From Bacilli bacterium (GTDB taxonomy: Bacteria > Bacillota_I > Bacilli_A > RFN20 > UBA1709): 64,000 nt of DNA. Both the position numbers and the translations under genes were made by a program. The notes under the pieces were generated by a model. It did not search any database, had not been told where the DNA came from, and worked only from the letters and a program-made list of their open reading frames with translations. Of this stretch, positions 9,226 through 19,547 are shown in pieces. Each line of letters opens with the position of its first letter. Position 1 is the first letter of the stretch. The stretch spans positions 160,001 to 224,000 of the forward strand of contig JBMNFL010000001.1 in the NCBI GenBank assembly GCA_050949315.1, read 5' to 3'.

Positions 9226-12200
9226 ATGGCTTTTGTCAATCTCAATGTAAAAAGTGGCTATAGTTTTCTAAAAAGCACTCTAAAAATCGAGGATATTGTT
9301 AGTTATGGAAGTTTAAATAACTTCTCTTATTTAGGCTTGACTGATCAAAACGCCTTATTTGGAGCGCCGGCCTTTGTTAAGGCCTGTAAGAGAGCGAATA
9401 TCAAGGCCATCATTGGGATGGAAGTTTATATATTGGAGAAAGATGAGGCTAGTTATCCTTTGGTTCTGTTAGTTAAAAACGCCACAGGCTATCGAAATTT
9501 GTGTTATTTTACTAGTCTTGTCTCCAAGGATAAGTTAACGACTGCTTTAAAGTATAGCGATTTAAGTGATAAAACTGATGGTTTAATTGCTATTTTACCG
9601 ATGGCGCGCAGTTGTTATCGGAATTTAGATAGTAAAGATAAAAAAGCTTATTTAACTAATTTCCAACATTATTTTTCTGATTTTTATCTCGGTTTGGAAT
9701 ACTATGAGGAAGCGGATGCTAAGTTGAATGAGGAACTACGTCTACTCCATTATCCTAAAACAGTTTTAAATGAGGTTAGAGCCTCAAGTTCTAGTGATTT
9801 AAAATATCTTGATATTTTACGAGCCATTGATTTAGGAACAACCTTAGATAATTTGCCTGAAGAGAATAAGGCCTATCGTTATTTCCGTAAAGAAGAGGAA
9901 CTAGCTTTCTATTTTAGTAAGGAAGAGTTAGAAAGTACGGAAAAAATTGCCGCCAGTTGTCAATTTGATATCCATGAAGTTCAGGCAAAACTGGTGAGTT
10001 ATCCTTTAGATGAAGGTATTGAAGCTGAAGCCTATTTACGGGCTCTTTGTAACAAAGGACTAAATAAACGTTTCAATAATCGTCCAAGTGTTAATTATCA
10101 AAAACGTTTGGCTTATGAGTTAGATGTCATTATTAAAATGGGCTTTACCAATTACTTTTTAGTAGTTTGGGATTATGTGCGCTTTGCAAAAAAATCAGGT
10201 ATTTTAGTTGGCCCAGGGCGGGGGAGTGGCTCGGGTAGTTTAGTGGCTTATGCTTTAGGGATAACCAATGTTGACCCCTTAAAATATGATCTTTTATTTG
10301 AGCGTTTTTTAAATCCTGAGCGCATCACAATGCCGGATCTTGATATTGATTTTATTGATACTCGTCGTGATGAGGTTTTTAAATACTTAATCAACAAATA
10401 TGGTCAAGATCGCACGGCTCATGTTATCGCTTTCCAGACTTTTGGCGTTCGCCAGGCTTTAAGAGATGCGGCCAAGGTTTTGGGTTTACCACTTTATGAG
10501 GTTGATAGTTTTGCTAAGAAAATTCCCAATCTTTACAGTGATTATTCTTTAGTTAAGATTGTTGATAAATCTCCCTCTTTTAAGTCCTTAATCAATAGTA
10601 ACAGCAAATATCAGCAGGTTTATGAAGTGGCTCTTCATCTAGAAGGTTTACCAAGACAAAGCACCATTCATGCGGCAGGTATGGTTATTACTGACAGCCT
10701 TTTAACGGATGTAACACCAATTTATTGTCCCACTTCCGATTTAATAAGCACCCAATATGACCTAAATCATTTAGAGGAATTTGGTTTACTTAAAATGGAT
10801 ATTCTTGGTTTAAAAAACTTAGGTATTCTTGATGATTGTGCCAAGATGATTGCAAGCACCTATCAAAGAAAACTAGATTTTTTAAGCCTGGACTTAGATG
10901 ATCCTAATATTTATAAACTGATAAGTAGTACGAAAACGGCTGGACTTTTCCAATTAGAAAGTCCGGGGATGAAAAGAGCCATCAGTTTAATTAAACCCAA
11001 TAGTTTTGCCGATGTTTATGCCTTAATTGCCCTTTTCCGTCCTGGACCGATGGATTCAATTAAAACCTATGCCCTAAGGAAACAAGGAAAAGAAGCAGTT
11101 ACTTATCTAGATCCAATTTTAGAAGATATTCTCAAACCAACCTATGGCATCATCATTTATCAAGAACAAATAATGCAGATTTTAGTTAAAATGGCGGGCT
11201 TTAGTTATGCCCAAGCCGATTTGGTGCGCCGAGCGATTAGTAAGAAAAAAGCCACTGAATTGGCTTCTATTGAAAAGGACTTTTTAGCAGGAGCCATAAA
11301 AAAGGGGCATGCTAAGAAAAAGGCCCAGCAAGTCTTTGATTTAATTCTTCAATTTGCGGGTTATGGTTTTAATAAGGCCCATTCTGTAGCCTATGCCATG
11401 TTGACGGTCTGGATGGCCTATATCAAGTATTATTATCCAGCCATCTTTTATGTCGCTCTTTTGAATACTTTTGCTAGCGATCAAAAACTCAGTGAATACT
11501 ATACCGAAATTAAGAATAGCAAGCTCAAAATTTTAGGACCATCTATCAATAAGTCTAGAGAATATTTCTATGTAGAAGATGATAAAATTCGTTTCTCTTT
11601 GGCGAGCATTAAAGGTTTAACACCAGGGTCTTTGAAAATTATATTTGAGGCCAGAAAATCGGGCTCTTTTGCGAGTTTTGCCGATTTTGTGCTTAGAGTT
11701 CAAGCCTTTGGTTTAGGAGAAAAAGCGATTAAGCTTCTAATTTATGCGGGGGCCTTTGATGAATTTGCAATCAATAGGACAACCTTGAGTAAGAATTTGA
11801 AAACTTATTTAGCTTATGCTTCCATCACTAGTTCACTAATCGATGGTCAATTGAGTTTTGATAGCAGTTTAGCAGAAGCTCCTAAGATGCAAATTTATCC
11901 TAAGAATAGCATTGAAGAGAGTAACCTTGAAAAGCAACTCTTGGGCCTATATTTAACCTCTTTCCCTTTAGAAGAAAAAAGGGAGGAATTAAAAAAGGCG
12001 GGTTTTATAACAGTTGAGCAAGCCTTATTAAGAGAGGGTACAGTAAAATTAGTTCTTTTGTTTAGTCGCTGTCGAGCCGTCAAAACTAAAAGAGGCGATT
12101 ATATGTTGCGCTCAGTCGCTAGCGATGAGAGTGGTGAAATTAATGTTATCGTTTTCCCTAATGAATATCAAAAATATGAATTATTGCTAAAAAGTGGCAA

Positions 12201-12303
12201 CTATCTTCAAGTTTTAGCTAAAATTGAACAGAGCAATAATGGCATTAATCTTGTATTAAGACAGGCTAAAATCTATAATTTAAAGGAGGATGAAAGTGTA
12301 TGA
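9226..12303 (+). CDS. dnaE: DNA polymerase III alpha subunit DnaE
   Basis: PHP-like N-terminus, GPGRGSGSGS, MPDLDIDF, GYGFNKAHS. Confidence 0.98.
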   Translation: MAFVNLNVKSGYSFLKSTLKIEDIVSYGSLNNFSYLGLTDQNALFGAPAFVKACKRANIKAIIGMEVYILEKDEASYPLVLLVKNATGYRNLCYFTSLVSKDKLTTALKYSDLSDKTDGLIAILPMARSCYRNLDSKDKKAYLTNFQHYFSDFYLGLEYYEEADAKLNEELRLLHYPKTVLNEVRASSSSDLKYLDILRAIDLGTTLDNLPEENKAYRYFRKEEELAFYFSKEELESTEKIAASCQFDIHEVQAKLVSYPLDEGIEAEAYLRALCNKGLNKRFNNRPSVNYQKRLAYELDVIIKMGFTNYFLVVWDYVRFAKKSGILVGPGRGSGSGSLVAYALGITNVDPLKYDLLFERFLNPERITMPDLDIDFIDTRRDEVFKYLINKYGQDRTAHVIAFQTFGVRQALRDAAKVLGLPLYEVDSFAKKIPNLYSDYSLVKIVDKSPSFKSLINSNSKYQQVYEVALHLEGLPRQSTIHAAGMVITDSLLTDVTPIYCPTSDLISTQYDLNHLEEFGLLKMDILGLKNLGILDDCAKMIASTYQRKLDFLSLDLDDPNIYKLISSTKTAGLFQLESPGMKRAISLIKPNSFADVYALIALFRPGPMDSIKTYALRKQGKEAVTYLDPILEDILKPTYGIIIYQEQIMQILVKMAGFSYAQADLVRRAISKKKATELASIEKDFLAGAIKKGHAKKKAQQVFDLILQFAGYGFNKAHSVAYAMLTVWMAYIKYYYPAIFYVALLNTFASDQKLSEYYTEIKNSKLKILGPSINKSREYFYVEDDKIRFSLASIKGLTPGSLKIIFEARKSGSFASFADFVLRVQAFGLGEKAIKLLIYAGAFDEFAINRTTLSKNLKTYLAYASITSSLIDGQLSFDSSLAEAPKMQIYPKNSIEESNLEKQLLGLYLTSFPLEEKREELKKAGFITVEQALLREGTVKLVLLFSRCRAVKTKRGDYMLRSVASDESGEINVIVFPNEYQKYELLLKSGNYLQVLAKIEQSNNGINLVLRQAKIYNLKEDESV

Positions 12304-14885
12304 AATTGGTATTAATTGATGGCAATTCCTTGTTGTTTAGAGCATATTATGCCACCTCGTATCGTGGGAATTTAATGACGACCAAGGCCGGTCAACCCAC
12401 CAATGCGGTTTACGCTCTTTCCAATCTTCTTACTAAAATTTTAGCCGATGAGAGTCCTGATTATGCGCTCGTAGCTTTTGATACTGGGGCTCCGACTTTT
12501 CGCCACCAAGAATATGAAGAGTACAAAGCTGGTCGTAAAGAGGCCCCCGAAGAACTTAAAAGTCAATTTCTCTTAGCTCGCGAGCTGGTTCAAAACCTTG
12601 GGTTTTTTTGTTATGAAAAAGATGGTTATGAGGCCGATGATATCATTGGAACCTTAGCTAAACGCGGGTCTGAACAGAATTTAGCGGTTAAAATTTATTC
12701 TGGCGATCGTGATTTGTTGCAACTGATAGATGAAAAGACCACGGTTTGTTTAACCAAAAAAGGGGTTAGTGATTTACAACTCATGGATGAGACATCTTTA
12801 CTGAACAGTTTAGGTTTGAAGCCTTCGCAGATTACCGATTTAAAGGGTTTAATGGGCGATGCTAGTGATAATATTCCTGGCGTCTATGGTGTTGGCGAAA
12901 AGACCGCTTTGAAATTATTAAGTGAATATGGTAGTTTAGAACAAGTTTTAGAAGCCGATATTGCCGGAAAACTTGGGGAAAGAATTAAAGAACAAAAAGA
13001 GCAGGCTCGAAAGTCTAAACATTTAGCCACAATCAATTGTGCGGTGCCTTTAGATTTTGAAGTTACTGCCCTTAAATATCAAGGGCCAAAAGTTTTGGAA
13101 CTAAGGGAATTATATAGTCGTTTAGAAATGTTTAGTCTACTTAAAAAAATACCCGAAGTCGAAGTTGAAAAAACAGTTGAGGAAATTGATTATCAGCTCG
13201 TTAAAGAAGTACCAGCGACCTTTTTAAAGGCAGGTTTAGCTTTGACAATGGCAGTTAATGGTAACAACTATCACCGCGATGAGTTGGTAGGCTTAGCCCT
13301 AAGCGATGGCAAGGATAGTTATTTTATTGCAAGTGCCGACTTAGCTAAAGATAAAAAATTAAGCGCTTATCTTGCAAACCCCAGTTTAAAGAAAAAGGCC
13401 TTTGATCTTAAAAAACTGGTCGTTAGTTTGAAACGATTAGGGATTGAACTTAAAGGTGTAGATTTTGATTTGCTACTGGCTACTTACTTACTCCAATCCT
13501 CCCTAAAGGAAGAAGCAGCTTTTATCTATGATTACTATGGAGTTAATCTGCCCTTAGAGAGCAGTATTTATCAGAAGAGAAAATATGACTTGGCCGAGGT
13601 GGCTCATTACAGTTGTCTTCAGGTTCAAAAACTTGGCGTTTTAGAAATTGAGGCCAGAAAGCAACTAAAGGCTATTGATTGTGAAAGACTCTTAGATGAG
13701 ATTGAAATTCCCGTGGCTTTTATATTAGCGAAAATGGAAATAGCCGGTATTCGCTTAGATTGTGATTTGTTAGCTAAGAAGTCCGAACTCATCAGTCAAA
13801 AACTTGAATCTTTAACTAAAGAAATTCATGATTTAGCGGGCCGCACTTATAATATTCAATCGCCTCAGCAAACGGCGGAAATTTTGTTTGATGAACTTAA
13901 ATTACCGGCTAATCGCAAGCGTTCAACCTCGGCTAATGAATTGTCATTATTGATTGATCAGCATCCCATTGTTCGCAAGATCTTAGAATATCGTCAGTAT
14001 GCTAAACTTTTGAGTGTTTATTTCCAAGGTTTACCAAATTATGTCTTAGAGGATGGTAAAATTCATACCATCTATAATCAGGCTTTGACCCAGACAGGAC
14101 GTCTATCTTCAAGAGATCCTAATCTACAAAATGTTTCAATTCGCAGTGCCGAGGGTAAAGAGGTGCGTAAAGCCTTTGTCTCTTCGCAAGATGGTTATTA
14201 TATCTTATCTTTTGATTATTCCCAGATTGAACTCAGGGTTCTAGCCGAGATGGCTCAGTCAAAGTCTTTAATTGAGGCCTTTAATCGGGGCGCTGATCCC
14301 CATAAAGAAACCGCGATGCGGATTTTTGGAGTCAAAGAAGAAGAGGTGACTGCCTCCATGCGTCGAGAAGCCAAAATTGTCAATTTTGGAATCATTTATG
14401 GTATGTCCGATTGGGGTTTAGCTGAAGAGTTAGGCATTGATGTGGCTACCGCTAAGAATTTTATTCGTTTGTATTATGAACAATACCCAGAGATTCGCGA
14501 ATATTTTGATAGAGTCATTGCCGATTGTCAGGAAAACGGCTATGTGAAGACCTGGTATGGACGGATTCGTTATGTTCCCGAAATCAAACAGCGCAATTAT
14601 AATGTTCGTGAATTTGGTAAGCGCGTGGCGATGAATACACCCATTCAAGGAACTGCGGCTGATATAATGAAATTAGCGATGATTAAAGTTGATAAAATTC
14701 TAACTAGTAATAAGTTTAAGAGTAGATTACTATTACAAATTCATGATGAGTTAGTTTTTGAAGTTCCTTATGAAGAATTGCTAGAGGTCATTAAACTAGT
14801 CAAAGAGGCACTTGAGGACTTCCCAGAATTTAAAGTTCAGTTAAAGGCCAACTATAATTATGGTTTTAGTTGGTTTGCTGATTAG
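12300..14885 (+). CDS. polA: DNA polymerase I
   Basis: LIDGNSLLFRAYY, DYSQIELRVLA, QIHDELVFE. Confidence 0.98.
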   Translation: MKLVLIDGNSLLFRAYYATSYRGNLMTTKAGQPTNAVYALSNLLTKILADESPDYALVAFDTGAPTFRHQEYEEYKAGRKEAPEELKSQFLLARELVQNLGFFCYEKDGYEADDIIGTLAKRGSEQNLAVKIYSGDRDLLQLIDEKTTVCLTKKGVSDLQLMDETSLLNSLGLKPSQITDLKGLMGDASDNIPGVYGVGEKTALKLLSEYGSLEQVLEADIAGKLGERIKEQKEQARKSKHLATINCAVPLDFEVTALKYQGPKVLELRELYSRLEMFSLLKKIPEVEVEKTVEEIDYQLVKEVPATFLKAGLALTMAVNGNNYHRDELVGLALSDGKDSYFIASADLAKDKKLSAYLANPSLKKKAFDLKKLVVSLKRLGIELKGVDFDLLLATYLLQSSLKEEAAFIYDYYGVNLPLESSIYQKRKYDLAEVAHYSCLQVQKLGVLEIEARKQLKAIDCERLLDEIEIPVAFILAKMEIAGIRLDCDLLAKKSELISQKLESLTKEIHDLAGRTYNIQSPQQTAEILFDELKLPANRKRSTSANELSLLIDQHPIVRKILEYRQYAKLLSVYFQGLPNYVLEDGKIHTIYNQALTQTGRLSSRDPNLQNVSIRSAEGKEVRKAFVSSQDGYYILSFDYSQIELRVLAEMAQSKSLIEAFNRGADPHKETAMRIFGVKEEEVTASMRREAKIVNFGIIYGMSDWGLAEELGIDVATAKNFIRLYYEQYPEIREYFDRVIADCQENGYVKTWYGRIRYVPEIKQRNYNVREFGKRVAMNTPIQGTAADIMKLAMIKVDKILTSNKFKSRLLLQIHDELVFEVPYEELLEVIKLVKEALEDFPEFKVQLKANYNYGFSWFAD

Positions 14886-14896
14886 GAGTTTTGCTT

Positions 14897-16384
14897 ATGC
14901 CAGAATTACCAGAAGTCGAGACCGTTAGAAAGGTATTATTAAGTTGGACTAAAGGAAAGAAAGTCCAGAAAATTCAGGTACTTTTTCCCACTCTTTTAGC
15001 TAACAGTTCTGTTAGTGATTTTTGTTCAGCATTAGTTGGACAAAAGCTTTTGGATATTGAGCGTTATGGGAAGTTTTTGATCTTTAAATTCGAAGAAAAA
15101 ATTCTGTTATCACATTTAAGGATGGAAGGTAAATACTACCTAGCACATTATGAAAATAGCAGTTACCAAAAGGGATTGACCTATCAGCCCGAAGAAGAAG
15201 ATAGCAAATTCAATAAGCATGTGCATTTAGTTTTTGAGTTTACCGATGAGAGTCTACTTCTTTATCACGATGTCCGCAAATTTGGGCGTTTCTACTTATT
15301 TACTTATAACGACTATTTAACTAATCCGCGTTCGCCTCTAGTCAAACTTGGTCATGAGCCATTTAATGAAAAAGATGGGACTTATCTTTATAGTAAGGCT
15401 CAGAAATTTAAAAAGACCACTAAAGAATTGTTGCTGGATCAAAGTGTTTTAGTGGGTATTGGGAATATTTATGCAGATGAAATTTGCTTTTTAGCTAAGA
15501 TTCCACCCCAAAAATCGGCTTTTACTTTGACGAAGGAAGATTGCGATTTATTAGTAAGTAAAACTCAAGAAGTCTTAAATAAAGCCCTTGAACTAGGCGG
15601 TTCGACCGTGCGCTCATATCATTTTGCAAATGATGCCTCTGGGCGTTTTCAAAATGAGTTGAATGTCTATGGTAGGGAAGGGGAACCTTGTTATTTATGT
15701 GGGACACCGATTAGTAAAACTAAGATTGGTGGCCGTGGCACCCACTTTTGTGCTCATTGCCAACAAGAACTACCCTCTAAAAAGATTAGGGTAATTGGTG
15801 TCACCGGTTTAATTAGTGCCGGCAAATCAATGGTTAGTTCGGCTTTTCAAAAAGCCGGTTATCACTTGGTTGATGCTGATCAAATTGCTAAAGATTGTTT
15901 GGTAAAAGGCGAATCCTGTTATCAAAAGGTGCTTGAGACTTTTGGAAGAGAAATCCTAAGAAGTGACGGAGAAATTGAGCGTTCTAAACTAAGAGAAATT
16001 GTCGTTAAGGATGAGGTGGCTCTAACTAAACTTAATAGTCTAATTCATCCTGAAGTTGAGGCGGTGATTGTTGAAAAGATAAAGGATGAAAGAAAATGTT
16101 TTCTCTTGGATGTTCCTTTACTTTTCGAAGCAGGTCTTGATAAACTCTGTGACTTAACGATTTTTGTTAATACCCATGAAAAGGTTAGGCGCAAGCGTTT
16201 AATCGCTCGTGGTACTATGCCTTTAAAAGAGGCAGCCAAGTTAAACAGTTCTTTGCTAGAAGCTATTAAAAAAATGGCAAAAGTCGATGTTATTATCGAT
16301 AATTCCTTAACTAGAGAAGCTACAGATTTTCAGGTTAAGTCCTTAATTGAAAAGATTCGTCAGTTAAATTTAATATCAAAATAA
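14897..16384 (+). CDS. mutM: Fused Fpg/MutM DNA glycosylase + dephospho-CoA kinase (CoaE)
   Basis: MPELPEVETV, GIGNIYADE and zinc finger CYLC...CAHCQ, continuing in frame into IGVTGLISAGKS, DADQIA, LLDVPLLFE. Confidence 0.93.
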   Translation: MPELPEVETVRKVLLSWTKGKKVQKIQVLFPTLLANSSVSDFCSALVGQKLLDIERYGKFLIFKFEEKILLSHLRMEGKYYLAHYENSSYQKGLTYQPEEEDSKFNKHVHLVFEFTDESLLLYHDVRKFGRFYLFTYNDYLTNPRSPLVKLGHEPFNEKDGTYLYSKAQKFKKTTKELLLDQSVLVGIGNIYADEICFLAKIPPQKSAFTLTKEDCDLLVSKTQEVLNKALELGGSTVRSYHFANDASGRFQNELNVYGREGEPCYLCGTPISKTKIGGRGTHFCAHCQQELPSKKIRVIGVTGLISAGKSMVSSAFQKAGYHLVDADQIAKDCLVKGESCYQKVLETFGREILRSDGEIERSKLREIVVKDEVALTKLNSLIHPEVEAVIVEKIKDERKCFLLDVPLLFEAGLDKLCDLTIFVNTHEKVRRKRLIARGTMPLKEAAKLNSSLLEAIKKMAKVDVIIDNSLTREATDFQVKSLIEKIRQLNLISK

Positions 16385-16426
16385 CTTTGATTATGCTATA
16401 ATCAATAATTAATTGGATGGGGTGTT

Positions 16427-17671
16427 ATGGTGGAGAAAATTAATTTCAAAGTAAGCAATCCTTATGAGATTGTTTTGTGCTCTTATATAAGCGACTATGA
16501 TCGCAAGATTTTGCATCGTTTGTACCAGCCTATTTGTGGGGCAGGAGCGATTGCTCTTTTTAACACTTTGTGGTCCGAACTTGAGGCGGATAAAACGATT
16601 TCTTCACTTGAAAAAAGCCACAGTATACTGCTAGCCAATCTCGGTTGTGATGTTGATGAATTTATCAGTTACCGCAAACAATTGGAAGGCTTAGGACTTA
16701 TTAAAACTCTTTACCATCAAAGGGGTTGTTACATCTATTTACTCTACGCTCCTAAGAGTCCCAAGGAATTTTTTGACTACGAATTATTTGATGTTCTTTT
16801 GCAAAGAAAACTCGGTCGTGTCGAGTACGATCGTGTGCGCACTTACTTTTCGCTCAGTCATTATGATAAGGAAAATTGTATCGATATTTCCCAATCTTTT
16901 AACGATGTTTATGTTACGCCTGATGGACCTTATAAGTTTAAAGGTGTTGCGGATATTATCGGACATCAAAGTGCTGATTTAAAACTTTCATTTGATTTTC
17001 AAACCTTCTATGCCAGTCTAAAGGATTACTTCATCAAGAAAGAGGCTTTTACTAAAGAGATTGAAGAAGAGATTGCTCTACTTGCTACTACTTATGGCTG
17101 GTCGGTAAGTGAAATGATTAATATCGTTTATAAATCACTTGATAACACTGGCAAAATTGATATTTTGCGTTTGCAGAAATTTGCGCGTATGGGAAAAGTC
17201 TCACAACCAGTTAATAAACCAGCAGAAACACAAAAAGTAGACACGGGGAATGCGGCTTTAGATAAGAAAATTGAGCTCTTTAATCGCCTAACGCCTCTAG
17301 AATTTTTGATGCTTAAAAACGGGGGAGTTCAACCCGTTGAGCGCGATGCTCGTTTGATTAAGGAATTGATTGTTACGACCAAACTTCCAGATCCTGTTAT
17401 CAATGTTTTATTAGACTATTCGTTAGCCAATAATAACAATCGCTTGGTTCGCAATTACTTACAAGCGGTTGCCAGCAGTTTGATGCGCAGCAAGATTAGC
17501 GATGCTTACGAAGCTATGATTTATCTTACAGAGCCCACCTCTAAGAGTAGGGCAAAATCCAAGGCTAAAGAGCCAGTGGTTAAAGAAAAAGAAGAGCCAA
17601 TAAAGGTAAGTGATCAAGAGATGGCAGAATCACTAAGGATATTACAAGAACTGAAGAAAGGTAGGAAATAA
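16427..17671 (+). CDS. dnaB: Helicase loader/replication initiation protein DnaB (Firmicutes type)
   Basis: LYQPICGAGAIALF, LEGLGLIKT, VINVLLDY; located upstream of dnaI. Confidence 0.9.
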   Translation: MVEKINFKVSNPYEIVLCSYISDYDRKILHRLYQPICGAGAIALFNTLWSELEADKTISSLEKSHSILLANLGCDVDEFISYRKQLEGLGLIKTLYHQRGCYIYLLYAPKSPKEFFDYELFDVLLQRKLGRVEYDRVRTYFSLSHYDKENCIDISQSFNDVYVTPDGPYKFKGVADIIGHQSADLKLSFDFQTFYASLKDYFIKKEAFTKEIEEEIALLATTYGWSVSEMINIVYKSLDNTGKIDILRLQKFARMGKVSQPVNKPAETQKVDTGNAALDKKIELFNRLTPLEFLMLKNGGVQPVERDARLIKELIVTTKLPDPVINVLLDYSLANNNNRLVRNYLQAVASSLMRSKISDAYEAMIYLTEPTSKSRAKSKAKEPVVKEKEEPIKVSDQEMAESLRILQELKKGRK

Positions 17672-17673
17672 AT

Positions 17674-18567
17674 GTGAAAAAGATAAAAATCCCACAGCTT
17701 AAATTTCCTAAAGATTTAGAAAAATATCGTTCTGAACTTACTGATCAGCTCTTGCAAAATCCTTCAGTTCAAGATTTTTTGAAGGAAAACAACCTTGATG
17801 AGAATTTTATTAATGATCATTTACTTGGTTTAATGCAGATTGAAGAAGAGAATCAAGTTTGTTTAACTTGTCCTGGCTATGCCCATTGTAAAAAAAGTCC
17901 CCGAGGGCTATTGACGACGATGTGTGAAATCGATGGCTTTTGGGAGATAAGTTATAAAAACTGTGAGCCATATGAAGAGGTTAAAGTCCTTTTGGACAAC
18001 TATCTTTATTATGATTTTGATGATGAATGGTTAAAGACCTCATTAGATAATGTTTCCCTTAATTTTGCCCGTCGCAAGCTAGTGACTGAAGCCATTAATT
18101 TATTGAAGGAAAAGACGAGTGAAGGCTTATATGTTTACGGTGCTGGTGGGGTTGGTAAGTCCTATATCTTAGCTGCTCTTACTAATGATTTAATTCGTAT
18201 TTATGGTAAAAAGGTTGCCTTTATCAATGTCCGTTCCTTTATTGAAGATTGCAAACTATCTTTTGATATGAAAAATGTCGGTGATTATGTGGGGGAACGA
18301 ATCAAAGAACTCCAACAGGTTGATGTCTTAGTTCTTGATGATTTAGGCGGTGAAAAGGTTTCTGAATGGTCAACCCACAGTGTCCTTTATGATATTATTG
18401 AGTATCGGGCGCGCCGCCGCCTTCTTACTCTTTATAGTTCACGCTATAGTCAAAGTCAGTTATATGGTATTTATGGCGGTAAGAACCCTAGAACCGATCG
18501 TTTTATCGAACAGCTTGCCTTGACGGGCAGAGAAATAGAAGTTCGGGGTTTGGATTTAAATAAATAA
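17674..18567 (+). CDS. dnaI: Primosomal helicase loader DnaI
   Basis: Cys-rich N-terminal region, Walker A GAGGVGKS, LVLDDLGGE. Confidence 0.9.
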   Translation: MKKIKIPQLKFPKDLEKYRSELTDQLLQNPSVQDFLKENNLDENFINDHLLGLMQIEEENQVCLTCPGYAHCKKSPRGLLTTMCEIDGFWEISYKNCEPYEEVKVLLDNYLYYDFDDEWLKTSLDNVSLNFARRKLVTEAINLLKEKTSEGLYVYGAGGVGKSYILAALTNDLIRIYGKKVAFINVRSFIEDCKLSFDMKNVGDYVGERIKELQQVDVLVLDDLGGEKVSEWSTHSVLYDIIEYRARRRLLTLYSSRYSQSQLYGIYGGKNPRTDRFIEQLALTGREIEVRGLDLNK

Positions 18568-18580
18568 GGGGGCCTTAAGC

Positions 18581-19537
18581 ATGCGAAAAATTGGAATTTT
18601 AACTTCGGGTGGCGATGCGCCAGGCATGAATGCTGCCGTGCGAGCCCTCACCCGTATGGCTTTGCAAGAAGGTTTTGAAGTTTATGGTGTTTATGACGGT
18701 TATAAAGGTTTAGTAGAAGATGATATTCATCCATTAACACGGGCCGATGTGGCTGGTATTATCTATCGGGGTGGAACGGTCTTAAGAACGGTCCGTCTTG
18801 AAGAGTTTCAAGAATTGGAAATTCAGAAAAAAGGTATTAAAAATCTTAAAAAACATGGTATTGATACTTTAATTGTTATCGGTGGGGATGGCACCTTTAG
18901 AGGTGCAGAATGTTTAAGTAACTTAGGTCTTAACTGTCTTTGCATTCCGGGAACCATTGATAATGATTTAGCTTACACTGATTTTACCTTAGGCTTTGAT
19001 ACCGCAGTCAACACGGTTTTATCGGCTATTAACAATATTCGGGACACTATGACTTCCCATGGTCGTGTTTGTATTGTGGAAGTTATGGGTAAAAGATGTG
19101 GCGACATCGCTCTTTATGCAGCCATTGCTGGCGGCGCTGAAGAGGTTTTAATTCCCGAAAGAGAATATGATATTGCCCGCATTACCGAACGCTTGAGAAA
19201 AGATGAGGCTAGTGGCAAAAAAAGTGATATTATTATCTTGTCAGAAGGGGTTTTTAAGGCGGTGGATTTAGCTAAGGAAATTCAGGCAAGTCTAAGGCTG
19301 CCACTGAGAACCATAACTTTAGGACATGTTCAGCGTGGGGGAACACCTTCGATGATGGATCGCTTACTGGCTGCACGTTTTAGTTATCATGCGATTGAAT
19401 TAATTAAAAGTGGTGTAAAAAATCGGGCCATTGGTATTAAGGATAACAAAATTATTGATTTAGATATTACAGAAGCCTTAGCTCTTAAGAAAGAACTTAA
19501 TCAAGAGCTTTGTAAAATTGAAGAACTGTTGCGTTAG
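18581..19537 (+). CDS. pfkA: ATP-dependent 6-phosphofructokinase
   Basis: TSGGDAPGMN, GGDGT and PGTIDND (ATP-type residues), GHVQRGG. Confidence 0.97.
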   Translation: MRKIGILTSGGDAPGMNAAVRALTRMALQEGFEVYGVYDGYKGLVEDDIHPLTRADVAGIIYRGGTVLRTVRLEEFQELEIQKKGIKNLKKHGIDTLIVIGGDGTFRGAECLSNLGLNCLCIPGTIDNDLAYTDFTLGFDTAVNTVLSAINNIRDTMTSHGRVCIVEVMGKRCGDIALYAAIAGGAEEVLIPEREYDIARITERLRKDEASGKKSDIIILSEGVFKAVDLAKEIQASLRLPLRTITLGHVQRGGTPSMMDRLLAARFSYHAIELIKSGVKNRAIGIKDNKIIDLDITEALALKKELNQELCKIEELLR

Positions 19538-19547
19538 GAGGAGAAAT

